NCBI GenBank assembly: GCA_964536615.1
Contig: CAZHYG010000002.1
Location: forward strand, 45,000-108,999
DNA length: 64,000 nucleotides
Source of the DNA: an uncultured Gammaproteobacteria bacterium
Lineage (GTDB): Bacteria; Patescibacteriota; Patescibacteriia; Magasanikbacterales; GWA2-37-8
Direction: 5' to 3'
Shown: positions 19,927-29,985 of the stretch, one piece after another
Numbering within the stretch: position 1 is the stretch's first letter
Layout: each line of letters opens with the position of its first letter
Program-made: the position numbers and the translations under genes
Notes under the pieces: generated by a model
The model's database searches: none
Told to the model about the DNA's origin: nothing
Seen by the model: the letters and a program-made list of their open reading frames with translations, nothing else

Positions 19927-20245
19927 AACCGCCTGCACTCCGACACCGCCGGAAAAACGCACTGAGCCATACTGGAAAATACTCAACAATATTATTGACC
20001 CTGAAATTGGCGTTGGAGTTGTTGATCTTGGCTTAATTTATAACATAGAAATTAAACAAAACACAGCCACAATTACTATGACTTTTACCAGCATGGGCTG
20101 CCCGGCAGGACCAAGTATTACCGAACAAATAAAAGAAGAAATGGAAAAAATTCCTGGCGTAAAAAAAGCAAAAATTAATATCGTTTGGGACCCTATTTGG
20201 ACTGCAGATAGAATGAATCCGGATATCCGGTTCATGCTTCCGTAA
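19916..20245 (+). CDS. sufT: DUF59/MIP18-family Fe-S assembly protein (SufT-like)
   Basis: 'ILNNIIDPEIGVGVVDLGLIYNIEI' DUF59 signature; last gene of the suf array. Confidence 0.7.
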   Translation: MKNKTACTPTPPEKRTEPYWKILNNIIDPEIGVGVVDLGLIYNIEIKQNTATITMTFTSMGCPAGPSITEQIKEEMEKIPGVKKAKINIVWDPIWTADRMNPDIRFMLP

Positions 20246-20890
20246 CTAACCTTTGGCAAGCACCAACCCGTGCACTTCTCGCACACCAGCATCGCGCAGC
20301 ACAAGCGCGCACTCTCCCATGGTTGACCCAGTCGTAAAAATATCATCAATCAAAATCACTTTTTCCGGCACTTTTCTTTTACTCTCAAAGCTAAAAGCTC
20401 CTTTGGTATTTTGCATCCGCTCTAATCCGGATAATTTTGCTTGCTGTTTGGTGTATATATTACGACGCAGCATATGCGCCATCGGCACATCATAGATTCG
20501 TGAACATATATTCGCGATCGCCTCCGCTTGATTAAATCCGCGCTCACGATATCGGCGGGGATGCAGTGGCACTGGTACGAGCGCATATCCTGCCAAATCA
20601 AAAGAAAATATTTTTTTACGCATAAGGCTCTCTAAATCAGACAGCACATCCATTGCAAATTGATATTTTAACAAACGCGCCAATTCTGATATCGGATTAT
20701 CTCCATATTCGGATAAAAAAATCAGGCTATCTAAGCCTGCTCCTGGCGCAACTAAAAAACTACGGATTTGCGACTGATCTGATTCAGCCTGCAAACACTG
20801 AAGGCATAACCACTCTCCTTCTTGTTTGCATACCACACACAACTTTGGAAATAAAATATCAACCAAAAAAGAAACCCTCCTGTGAACCAT
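20246..20890 (-). CDS. comF: ComF-family protein (phosphoribosyltransferase-like, N-terminal Zn finger)
   Basis: 'CVVCKQEG..CLQCL' Zn finger; PRTase motif 'VILIDDIFTTGSTM'. Confidence 0.75.
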   Translation of the reverse strand: MVHRRVSFLVDILFPKLCVVCKQEGEWLCLQCLQAESDQSQIRSFLVAPGAGLDSLIFLSEYGDNPISELARLLKYQFAMDVLSDLESLMRKKIFSFDLAGYALVPVPLHPRRYRERGFNQAEAIANICSRIYDVPMAHMLRRNIYTKQQAKLSGLERMQNTKGAFSFESKRKVPEKVILIDDIFTTGSTMGECALVLRDAGVREVHGLVLAKG

Positions 20891-20893
20891 ATG

Positions 20894-21478
20894 CTAATTC
20901 CAAGTTAACGTGTTAGCCAGCCAAACACTTTCTATTTTTTTCATGCCAACCGTAACGTCTTGATACATATTTTTAATAGATCCATTTTTATTTTCCGTAC
21001 GCACAGTTTTTAAAACAACCGTAGCGGCATCACCCGACCAATCTGAAATTTGCGTACTGGCAACTTTGGTAGTAACGCCAAAAAAAGCAGTGTTGGTATT
21101 TTTAGTTTTCATAGCCGCGCTTATTTTTGTCCATAAGGCTGGCGTTACCAGTGTTTTTACTTCCAAAATATTTTGAAATTCATTATCTGTGGAATATGTG
21201 CCGTAGCGTTCAACCACAATCTTAGCAATCTGTTCTACGCTATTTTTTTCCAACTCCTCTGCGGTAAGGGGTTTAACTGGAGTGCCTGCGGGTATAACCG
21301 TAGCACCAGGCTGAGTTATTTGTCCGGATGAATTGTTATTAGATGTGGTGGAAGTAGGCTGTGCATTTGAAGATAGATCATTTTTCTGTTTGCCGCGCAC
21401 AAACAAAAATATGCTGACTGCTAAAATAAACAGAATAATAATGCTGAGAATAATGAAAATGCGAGCGCGCAGGGACAT
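20894..21478 (-). CDS. Hypothetical membrane-anchored protein with Ser/Thr/Asn-rich linker
   Basis: N-terminal TM helix and low-complexity linker. First gene of the T4SS-like cluster. Confidence 0.4.
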   Translation of the reverse strand: MSLRARIFIILSIIILFILAVSIFLFVRGKQKNDLSSNAQPTSTTSNNNSSGQITQPGATVIPAGTPVKPLTAEELEKNSVEQIAKIVVERYGTYSTDNEFQNILEVKTLVTPALWTKISAAMKTKNTNTAFFGVTTKVASTQISDWSGDAATVVLKTVRTENKNGSIKNMYQDVTVGMKKIESVWLANTLTWN

Positions 21479-21500
21479 ACAATAAAATTAAAATTGATAA

Positions 21501-23375
21501 TTATTTGGTTTGTTGTTCAAACTCTCGCTTAGAACGTTCTATTTCTAAAAGCTGCTCAGGATTGGTGGTTACGAGCTGATCTTCAGTATATGAAGCCACA
21601 ACTTTAATAGCTGCATGCTTGTTGCCGGCAAAAAATATCCCCTCCCCAACTCCGCTTTCCAATAATAAATACTTTTCTCCTTCAGTAAGAATAAAGACTT
21701 TCTGGACTAAATCAATTGCAGCCGGAGATTGGCGCAACAATAGCTGCAAAGCCGAGTTGGTTACGATAGCTTGGCCATACTGTGATTTAAGAAAATCATT
21801 AACATCCTGAGTAATGGTGGTAACGCCTAAATAATACTTGCGCGCGCGTTTAACTAACGCAAAAATAAATCGGGCGCTATCTTCATGCTGCATGAGCCAC
21901 CACGCCTCATCGATAACCAGCAGTCTTTTTTTGCGTTCGGAACGAACCACATTCCAAATATAATTAATAATGGCATATATAGACATTGGCCGTAGCTCAT
22001 CTTCCAAATCACGAACACTAAATACCACCAACTGATTTTTCATATCCACATTGGTTGGCGCATTGAACAACCCGCTAAATGTACCTTCGGTGTATTTCTT
22101 GAGGCGTAACACCAAATCTCCAGACCCTTCCATGCCTTCTAAAATTTCTTGCAAATCCTGAATAATTGGCGGCTGCACTATCTGCAAATCAGCTTCGGGA
22201 GTAATATCTTTCTTGGCATAAGTTTCAATTAGGGCTCGATCAATAATTGAGTCCTGCTCGGTAGTTAAATTTCCAAGCATGATTCGCAATAGTCCTTTTA
22301 CGGTAATAACCGCACCGCGAATTATGTCCTCAGTTGAAAAATCTTCACCACCAGTTGGTCGAGGCAAATCAAACGGGTTAACCTTGCTTTCTGAAGACAA
22401 AGAAATATTTATATATGTGCCGCCTACCGCATCTGCCAAATGCTTATATTCCATTTCAGGATCTATCACTATCACGTCAACACCCATCATCATGCTTCGC
22501 AAAATCTCCAACTTAATGGCATAACTTTTACCGGCACCAGAGGTAGCAAAAACAGCCATATTGGCGTTTTGCAAAGAGAATCTATCAAACAGAATAAGAC
22601 TGTTGTTATGGCGATTAACTCCGTATAAAATACCATCGTCTGAGGTAAGTTCCGCGGATGTAAATGGGAATGAGGCGGCAATTGGCGAAGAATTAAGGTT
22701 AAATGAAACCATAAGCTCATCATTGGCTAATGGCAATGTAGAGTTGAAACCCTGTTCGGCTTGGTATAGTACTTTACGGCTATTTATTAACTTGGAACCA
22801 AAAATATTTTCCACATCTTCGGAAACCTGATCAAGCTCTTCTTTGGTTTTCGCGTACAAAGTTACATAAAAAGCGAATTGGAAAAAATGCTCAACACCTT
22901 GGGTTAAATCATCTCGCAACTGTTCAATATCGCGCAAAGCGGTTTCTCGCACCGGATCGCGCGGGGCGCCTTTTTCTGAATCTGCCGTAAGCTGCGCTTC
23001 AAGCGCGCCGACTTTATTGCGCAGTTGTTTTAAAATAATAGCTGACTTGACTGGGTAAAAAAACATTCCCACATCCATGGTAATAGACAAATTAAGCACC
23101 GGCGAGCTCCAGCCAATAGAAATATATCGCGGATATGTAACAACAAAAAGAGTACGGCACACAATATTGCCGAGCTGCACATAACTTGGCTCAACATTAA
23201 ACGCAGAAGGTGCCAGCAAGTCTTTTATAGAAACCGTACCCTCTCTGTAGGCGCGCTCCTCTTCTAACGTTACTAGCTCTTCATTTGATTTTTTTTCAAT
23301 ATCTTCTGCCTTATTCTTAAACAAGCCCTTGCGTGCAGGAGCGGCGGTGTTGGAAAATTGTGGTTTAAAAGCCAT
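21501..23375 (-). CDS. VirB4/TraC/TrbE-family ATPase (T4SS-like), ATPase core
   Basis: Walker A 'FATSGAGKSY', VirB4-type Walker B 'LLVIDEAWWL'; 624 aa. Confidence 0.75.
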   Translation of the reverse strand: MAFKPQFSNTAAPARKGLFKNKAEDIEKKSNEELVTLEEERAYREGTVSIKDLLAPSAFNVEPSYVQLGNIVCRTLFVVTYPRYISIGWSSPVLNLSITMDVGMFFYPVKSAIILKQLRNKVGALEAQLTADSEKGAPRDPVRETALRDIEQLRDDLTQGVEHFFQFAFYVTLYAKTKEELDQVSEDVENIFGSKLINSRKVLYQAEQGFNSTLPLANDELMVSFNLNSSPIAASFPFTSAELTSDDGILYGVNRHNNSLILFDRFSLQNANMAVFATSGAGKSYAIKLEILRSMMMGVDVIVIDPEMEYKHLADAVGGTYINISLSSESKVNPFDLPRPTGGEDFSTEDIIRGAVITVKGLLRIMLGNLTTEQDSIIDRALIETYAKKDITPEADLQIVQPPIIQDLQEILEGMEGSGDLVLRLKKYTEGTFSGLFNAPTNVDMKNQLVVFSVRDLEDELRPMSIYAIINYIWNVVRSERKKRLLVIDEAWWLMQHEDSARFIFALVKRARKYYLGVTTITQDVNDFLKSQYGQAIVTNSALQLLLRQSPAAIDLVQKVFILTEGEKYLLLESGVGEGIFFAGNKHAAIKVVASYTEDQLVTTNPEQLLEIERSKREFEQQTK

Positions 23376-23400
23376 ATATTAAATTACCCAATTATCATAA

Positions 23401-24081
23401 TTATTCTGTGCGCAATTCATTAACCGGAGGCAGATGTTCGCTAAACGCGATATCGGGGTTATAGGTGGAATAAAACAACTCAATAAGCGATTGTGTATCC
23501 AGCCGCACCACCTCTAAATTCATACTGGTAAGGCCGGATTCAATCTGGCGCACCCGCATATCCAAATCATGTTTGCGCAATTGAAATCTTTCGTCCTTTA
23601 ATTTAATGGTTACCGCCGGATTAACCACTTCTTTTATGCGAGACCAAAATCCTTTTTTATTATTTGAAAGTGGGTCGTATGGCACAATCACAAAAAACTG
23701 CTTGCTCATAATATTGCCAAGACTCACCAATTCGGAGACAAACGAACGATAATCGGCAATTTGCACACGCAATAATTCGTTGGTTTGTTCACGCTCTTGT
23801 TTGAGCAGTTTTTCTAAATATGGCTTAATATATAGTTGTCGGGATTGCACCACAATTTGCAAAGGAAAATCAATACCGTTTAAAAATGAAACGTACGATG
23901 AAACAATCGCGTTTTGCTCATCTTCATTTTTAAGCGCAAAATTGATACTGGAAACCAAAAGAATGGCGCGCAGCGTTCCGTCTTTCATCACCACCGTATC
24001 AAATTTTATTTCCGCAAATGGCAAATGATTTTGCGCGCTTTCAATTTTTATATTGCCTTTTTTTACCCGTTCTTCTGGCAT
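23401..24081 (-). CDS. Hypothetical protein; possible detached N-terminal domain of VirB4
   Basis: 226 aa ORF 25 nt upstream of the VirB4 ATPase core; the two together add up to full VirB4 length. No motif recognised. Confidence 0.3.
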   Translation of the reverse strand: MPEERVKKGNIKIESAQNHLPFAEIKFDTVVMKDGTLRAILLVSSINFALKNEDEQNAIVSSYVSFLNGIDFPLQIVVQSRQLYIKPYLEKLLKQEREQTNELLRVQIADYRSFVSELVSLGNIMSKQFFVIVPYDPLSNNKKGFWSRIKEVVNPAVTIKLKDERFQLRKHDLDMRVRQIESGLTSMNLEVVRLDTQSLIELFYSTYNPDIAFSEHLPPVNELRTE

Positions 24082-24087
24082 ATATTT

Positions 24088-24522
24088 TTATGGTTTTTGT
24101 TCCCCGCTATAATATCCGCCCGTATTAACAATCAAGGATAAATCGCGAATACGGCTGTATGACATTTTTGGCATTTCTTTAACAGGTTCTGTAGATACAA
24201 CCGATACCGATTTGATAGCGTCTAAGAGCTCTTGTTTTTCATGCATTTTATGCCAAATTCTTCGGCTCGGACGACGTAAAGTTTGCACAATATTTAATAA
24301 AAAATAATGGAATGACTGTCCATTAATTTTTACAAATGCCAAAACTAAAGCCAAGCCACCGATAAGCACTGCTAAAAAAATAAACAATGCCGTATCTGCC
24401 CATTTAAAAGCAGCAGTCAATATTAATCCAGTCACAAGTAAAATAACAAACTGCCGCGTTGTAATAGGGCCGAAAATTTTGTCTTCAACTTCTATAAATT
24501 GTGGAACTACAAATTGATCCAT
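24088..24522 (-). CDS. PrgI/VirB3-like small two-TM membrane protein
   Basis: 144 aa with two hydrophobic helices, immediately upstream of the VirB4 ORFs as in Gram-positive-type T4SS. Confidence 0.5.
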   Translation of the reverse strand: MDQFVVPQFIEVEDKIFGPITTRQFVILLVTGLILTAAFKWADTALFIFLAVLIGGLALVLAFVKINGQSFHYFLLNIVQTLRRPSRRIWHKMHEKQELLDAIKSVSVVSTEPVKEMPKMSYSRIRDLSLIVNTGGYYSGEQKP

Positions 24523-24527
24523 AAATT

Positions 24528-25631
24528 TTATAAGGCTGATTCAATTTCAATTATCGCCATCACCTCACTTAATTTTATACTATTTTGCGCCGCAAGTACA
24601 TTGGCAATAGTTTTTCTCTCGGCTAGCGATGCGGCCACAGCATTCATATATGCGATATAGAGCGGACAACTATGAAACGCGGCCACACCATCCATATACC
24701 AAACATACGATTCTTCTTTCAAATTAAGGATTTTTTGCAAAACGCGTTTTGCTGCTTCTTCAGGCTTGCTGGAAAGCCGGCGAAAATCTTCTACGGTCAT
24801 TGATCTGATTTCTTCAATCGGCCCCATTTCCATCTCTGAAACTGTTATATCTTGCATAACTGGACGCGCAGACGGCTGAGTACTAATTTTAAAGACAGGT
24901 TCGTTAGCAAGGCTTTCGTTAATAATTTTTGACACAATTTTTTCTTTTTCATTAACGGGAGGACGAGCTGGAGTTGAGTTTTTTGTTCGCACACCTCCAG
25001 AAACTGGCAATACCATTGGCAATTCTGGCGGCTCCACCATTGGCAGCATATGCAAAGCAGATCCCTTGAGTACAGGCACACTCGTATTTTCAGATACAAC
25101 ATTTACAGAAACCTGTCGACAGATATCTAACATTTTTTGGACCTGTAAATCGGATAAACCCAATCCACCATTTTTTACCGGCTTACACAATATATCTTTT
25201 ACTTCATCGTCCGTTTTAATATCTTTAAGACGTGCCAAGACTAAACTTTTTAATCGCCCCTGCAGTTCTGAACCTACTGAAAACCCAAGCTTACGCACGA
25301 CTTCTTCAACCTGCTTTTCTCTTTTTTGGCTGGTGAGCCCACCAGCAGCTGATGCCGGTTTTTTTTCTTCAAGCAGCGAACGAGCATCATCACGCGTCAT
25401 AGCTACCGGCTTAGCCGGTTCTTTTTTTTCTTTTATCTCAACTGTTGTTTTGGAAACAATATTGCGCGCCGGCGAATTACCCGCAGCAGGTGCGTTTTGC
25501 GTCGATGCACGAGCTGGGGCAGGCGCAACCGCAACTGGTTTTTTGGCAGCTTGGGCTTTTTTAATATCGCTTAGCGGCACTTTAGCAAAAGTGCCGTCGG
25601 GGCGTTTTATAGTAATAAGCGGCTCGGTCAT
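24528..25631 (-). CDS. Hypothetical Ala/Pro/Lys-rich protein
   Basis: Low-complexity N-terminal half (APAPARASTQNAPAAG..); no TM helix; sits in the T4SS-like cluster. Confidence 0.35.
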   Translation of the reverse strand: MTEPLITIKRPDGTFAKVPLSDIKKAQAAKKPVAVAPAPARASTQNAPAAGNSPARNIVSKTTVEIKEKKEPAKPVAMTRDDARSLLEEKKPASAAGGLTSQKREKQVEEVVRKLGFSVGSELQGRLKSLVLARLKDIKTDDEVKDILCKPVKNGGLGLSDLQVQKMLDICRQVSVNVVSENTSVPVLKGSALHMLPMVEPPELPMVLPVSGGVRTKNSTPARPPVNEKEKIVSKIINESLANEPVFKISTQPSARPVMQDITVSEMEMGPIEEIRSMTVEDFRRLSSKPEEAAKRVLQKILNLKEESYVWYMDGVAAFHSCPLYIAYMNAVAASLAERKTIANVLAAQNSIKLSEVMAIIEIESAL

Positions 25632-25634
25632 ATG

Positions 25635-26558
25635 TTATATATTCCATTTAAATTGAGCGTCCTGTTCGTCAAAATAGAGTAGGTTTGCAATTTCTGGATT
25701 ATTATATTGTCCTGACAATTCTTGTAGTTTGTTTAAAACAGCTTCTATATCCTGAAATTCTCCAGCCTCGTTCTTTGGAAATTCAGATTCTATCTGGGAT
25801 TTGATTTCTGAAAGCACAGGAACTTGCATACGCACATTTTCCACATCTAACTCTGCTTCTTCATCATTAGTCACGAATAAGGATGCCGGCTCGTCGTAAA
25901 CTTGCGGGTTTAAAAAAACCTCTAGAACCTCTTGCAATTTTTCCACCGTATCTATATCTTCAAAAAAATTAACCAATTCTAGCAATCTATCCACTCCATC
26001 CGCTTTATTGCCTACCCCAAAATATTGTTCTGCCTCTAGTGGAAACAGTATTTGATTTAACTTACTGATAAATTCAGCCATTCGCATGGAATTATCTGTA
26101 CGTTTAAGATCTGCGTATTCCAAAACCAAATCTTTTAACTGCACGTTTTTACCTTGGTACTCCCCTAAAAATTCTTGGGAATTCAAAAAATTATTTCGAA
26201 CTTTAAAATACAGAGATGCTAGACGAGCTTTATCAGCCTTATTAGCGCTAAAAAACCAAAGCATTTCTTTAAAAATATCTATATCTAAAATGATAGCCAT
26301 TGGCGCCTGGCGCGCCATGATTTGTGCAAATACGTCCGCATCAGTAATGGTATCAATAACTTTCCAACTAAGGAGCACATATACCCGAAAATATGTCCAT
26401 CGCCAAACTTTATCTTTTTCATACATGTCCTTGGCAAAAAAACTATCCAGATCTTTCCATGTTTCATAGATACTATCAAAATTGGTATTATTATCAAAAA
26501 TACCTTGTTCAATTTGAACAAACTCTTCAAGCGTTTTTTTCTCAATTACAAGCTTCAT
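25635..26558 (-). CDS. Hypothetical acidic protein
   Basis: 307 aa, Glu/Asp-rich, no recognised domain. Confidence 0.35.
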   Translation of the reverse strand: MKLVIEKKTLEEFVQIEQGIFDNNTNFDSIYETWKDLDSFFAKDMYEKDKVWRWTYFRVYVLLSWKVIDTITDADVFAQIMARQAPMAIILDIDIFKEMLWFFSANKADKARLASLYFKVRNNFLNSQEFLGEYQGKNVQLKDLVLEYADLKRTDNSMRMAEFISKLNQILFPLEAEQYFGVGNKADGVDRLLELVNFFEDIDTVEKLQEVLEVFLNPQVYDEPASLFVTNDEEAELDVENVRMQVPVLSEIKSQIESEFPKNEAGEFQDIEAVLNKLQELSGQYNNPEIANLLYFDEQDAQFKWNI

Positions 26559-26568
26559 ACTGCCTAAT

Positions 26569-29500
26569 TTATTTTTTACGCTTATTCAATTCTTTTAGGG
26601 CTTCTTCAACTTCTTTTATATTATTACCATTTTTCATTCTACCTGTTTCTAGAGCAAACTTAAGCAGGGCCTCTACCCCTCTTTTATCCGGTACTTGTTT
26701 TTCTAAACGACCAAGTAAATCTTGCAAATCCGGAACGCTGCTGTTGTCAAAAATCGCACCAATATCACCCTTAGTGAACTCTTCTACATTTCCTAAATTG
26801 TTCCCAGTTAAACCGACTGCCAATTTTACAAATATATCTTTTGAATCCTCAGATTTGACTACCAACTTTCCATCAACTCCTCGATCCATACTACCTGCAA
26901 AACCAATTACATTTGTAAGTTTAGATCCAGATAAACCATTTTTTCTTCTACCCGCAACATACTCTCTGTCGCCCTTATTTTCTGCATCCACCAAAACTGT
27001 CTTCAGTGTTGCACTATCTATCTTATACAACCCAGCTCTACCCAACGAACCCTGACCAGCAGCTTTTTCATTTTTTAATCTTTTTTGTTCTAACATGGCA
27101 TTCGCCTTATCTCCATATATTTCATTCAATCTTTCTAAAGCTTTTTCTAAACTTGCATGACTGCTTGCATCAACTTTTTCATTTATGAGCTCTGCTAAAT
27201 CTTGAGCTTGTAAATTTCGAATAGCTTGAGGAGTTAGCTCCATTGACTGAGCATTTGACATTCCTACAGCTTCCAAAATTTTGCCTTTAATACCGTCTGC
27301 TACTGCCGCATGAGTACCTAAATTACTTATCTGCATTTCAGACAAACTTCTTTCTAAAATTCTTAAAACTGTTTCTGCGGCTTTTTTAGATTTTTCATCT
27401 TTTGCGCCTGCTATTATTTTTTTCTGGGCTTCGATTCTGGCGAGCTGAGCAGTAGTTTTGGCATCACTCTGAACATAATCGCCGGCCGCATTATGTCTCT
27501 TTATCCTCTCTTCAACTTGATTGTTTATGGTATTTTGCTCGTTATTCGCCTCACTGCTTCTATTTTCATCTCTCAAGACTTTATCGCGTGCTCGAGCGAT
27601 TTGTAAATCTTGCAACTCCTTTACATCAAAATTAAGCTGTTCAGCCATAGCCTTGCTTTTAGCAGGCTCAGTCACTTCTAAACCTTGTTTTAGCAGCTCT
27701 TTTATGGATTCCAATTCTTCAATCTGCTTTTTAGCAGCCAACTCGTCTTCAATTCGTTTTGTTTCTGCTCGCACTTCCGCAGATTTACCTTGTAATTCTT
27801 TCCCTTCATTTCCATGGAGATATTTTTCTAATTTTTCTACTTCTTGTTTTTTATGCTCCTCTCCAACATATTCTTTTTTTACTTTTGCTTCTGCTTTTGA
27901 TTTCATTGATTTATTGAACCGATCAAACCCTTGTCTGGCCTTAAATATATCCATATCATCTAAGCCAAGTTCCCTAAGCTCTTTGTCAACTTCTTCTTCA
28001 GACTTGCCACGCTCTTCACCACGTTCTAAGGTGTGCATTATTTTTTCACGCAATAATTCCATGTTCGCTTCTTTTCCTGCCTTGATATCTGCACCTGTAT
28101 GTTCCAAAAAATGCAACCATTCTTTGGCTTTCTGTTTTTTCATACCAATAGGCAAACTACTTGTACTAGCCAAATGGTCTAACTGCTCATGTTTTGCTTC
28201 AGCGGTAGCTTCCAGATCTTCAGAATAAGCTTTATGGAAAGCACCATATCCAATACCCCATTCCAACCTTGCTCTGGCAAATGTTCTTTTAGCCCAATCT
28301 CCCAAACCTTTCTGATCCACAGTGTCATACTTAATATTACCATGCTCATCTTTTATAATATTACCCTGCTCATCTCTCAAGGCAACTTTTTTCACATATT
28401 TACCCTTTTCATTAACAGCGAAAGTTTTTGAAATTTCCCCAGCCTTAACCGTGCTTTTTGCAAGCCGATCATAATACCAACCTGCTGCCCTACTCTTAAT
28501 ATTATGGCCTCGTCGCTGCCAAGCTTCCCCACCAATCAACGGCATTTTCATTACCGCAAATTTCCCGGCCGCCTTTGCCCCCTCGCCAACTTTACCACCA
28601 GCCCATTTTGCAGCCTGGAAGCCAGATGCGTACATGGCGGCTTTTTTGCCCAACTCACTGGCACTGCCCATCATATGTGCTCCGGCAACGCCAAGCTCTT
28701 CAGCCATTTTTGCCCCAGCCATTAAAATTGCAATGGCGATAATAAAATTTCCCATGTTTTCCCAACTCATTACTTCTGTAATACCTGTTTGTTCTTCGGC
28801 GGGTGCAGCTGATTCTTGCAACAACTGCCCTTGTTTAAGCGAATTATGCTTCACAATATCATCGTGAATATTTCCAGAACCAACTGTAACAAAAGAAAGC
28901 CAGAGAAAAAACGCGATTACCGGACCGGAAACAACGTTACTATTAAATTTTCCCCACCATTCACCGGCAAAATGTTCGGTTTGATGTAATACATTTAAAA
29001 CAAACGCAAATGGAGAAACCACGATAAGCACCCACAACATGGCCATGCGCGCCACAATCATAAACAAAAACGCCAGCATGGTGATAAGCATTGTTACCGA
29101 AAACATGATGGCCGCTACAGAAGCTAGAAAAATTGAAGCAGTGTCTCCGGTAAAATTGTCTCCATTGCCAAGTTTAAATATTTTATCTACCTGAAACATG
29201 TTGACCAAGTTGCCGCTGGCGGTGGCGGCGATACCGTTGAGAAATGTAACCATAACAATCTGCGCCACATCTATGATAAGACCGCAAATTAAACGGCTAA
29301 AATTAACGAGCACAGCTGCTGTAACCAGCTTAACCAGCATATGTTTCCATTCGTAGTGATCCAGACCAAGAATGGTACCGAATGCTATCATTAAAAGCAC
29401 AACCACAAAAAACATATTGGTGAGATCGCGAATCATAACCCAGCCAACCGTAACTGCCGGAGAATCTATGAACCCATTGTAACCAGCGACTTCAATGATA

Positions 29501-29757
29501 AATTTGAGAACAAAAAACGTAAGCTTGATACAAAAACCTGCCAACAAAAATAGCAGACCAGCAAATGCCTTGCCGATAGTTTCGCCAACACCACTTAACC
29601 AACCAGCTTGCGCAAACGGAGCAAAAACAAACCAACTAGTGATGATTGCGCTGGTAATTATAATAAAACTAACTAAGCCTAATTTTTTATGAGAACGAAA
29701 AAAAGACCAGAGCTGTCTGAAAATTAAACGCGCCTGTAGTGCAAATTGAGCAAACAT
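26569..29757 (-). CDS. VirB6/TrbL-like polytopic membrane protein with ~700 aa charged coiled-coil C-terminal extension
   Basis: N-terminal ~350 aa with multiple TM helices; then a long K/E/A-rich heptad-like region (KELQDLQIARARDKVLRDE..). Confidence 0.55.
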   Translation of the reverse strand: MFAQFALQARLIFRQLWSFFRSHKKLGLVSFIIITSAIITSWFVFAPFAQAGWLSGVGETIGKAFAGLLFLLAGFCIKLTFFVLKFIIEVAGYNGFIDSPAVTVGWVMIRDLTNMFFVVVLLMIAFGTILGLDHYEWKHMLVKLVTAAVLVNFSRLICGLIIDVAQIVMVTFLNGIAATASGNLVNMFQVDKIFKLGNGDNFTGDTASIFLASVAAIMFSVTMLITMLAFLFMIVARMAMLWVLIVVSPFAFVLNVLHQTEHFAGEWWGKFNSNVVSGPVIAFFLWLSFVTVGSGNIHDDIVKHNSLKQGQLLQESAAPAEEQTGITEVMSWENMGNFIIAIAILMAGAKMAEELGVAGAHMMGSASELGKKAAMYASGFQAAKWAGGKVGEGAKAAGKFAVMKMPLIGGEAWQRRGHNIKSRAAGWYYDRLAKSTVKAGEISKTFAVNEKGKYVKKVALRDEQGNIIKDEHGNIKYDTVDQKGLGDWAKRTFARARLEWGIGYGAFHKAYSEDLEATAEAKHEQLDHLASTSSLPIGMKKQKAKEWLHFLEHTGADIKAGKEANMELLREKIMHTLERGEERGKSEEEVDKELRELGLDDMDIFKARQGFDRFNKSMKSKAEAKVKKEYVGEEHKKQEVEKLEKYLHGNEGKELQGKSAEVRAETKRIEDELAAKKQIEELESIKELLKQGLEVTEPAKSKAMAEQLNFDVKELQDLQIARARDKVLRDENRSSEANNEQNTINNQVEERIKRHNAAGDYVQSDAKTTAQLARIEAQKKIIAGAKDEKSKKAAETVLRILERSLSEMQISNLGTHAAVADGIKGKILEAVGMSNAQSMELTPQAIRNLQAQDLAELINEKVDASSHASLEKALERLNEIYGDKANAMLEQKRLKNEKAAGQGSLGRAGLYKIDSATLKTVLVDAENKGDREYVAGRRKNGLSGSKLTNVIGFAGSMDRGVDGKLVVKSEDSKDIFVKLAVGLTGNNLGNVEEFTKGDIGAIFDNSSVPDLQDLLGRLEKQVPDKRGVEALLKFALETGRMKNGNNIKEVEEALKELNKRKK

Positions 29758-29950
29758 TTTTTAGCGATTATGTTGTATGCATTATACCATATTTTTAACA
29801 CGTCAACAACGCAAAAACATTAGTAAAAAATATGTGGATAAAAATATTATCGCGGGCTTGCATATTGCATTTTGGCATGGCCTATGTATAATACATATAT
29901 ACCTTTTTAGCGGCATATACGCGTATGCACTGTTTATGATGTGCTATAGA

Positions 29951-29979
29951 TTGACAAAATTGTTAAAAAGGTGTATACT
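29951..29979 (+). promoter_or_regulatory. Near-consensus sigma70 promoter TTGACA-17-TATACT
   Basis: TTGACA at 29951-29956, 17-nt spacer, TATACT at 29974-29979, in native AT-rich DNA pointing toward the GC-rich island. Confidence 0.45.
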
Positions 29980-29985
29980 TGTTAG

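Noticed and set aside
26569-29757. Repetitive K/E-rich segments and elsewhere short direct repeats; looked for CRISPR arrays
   Set aside because: No regularly spaced direct repeats with unique spacers were seen anywhere. The repetitiveness is protein-level low complexity inside a coding region.
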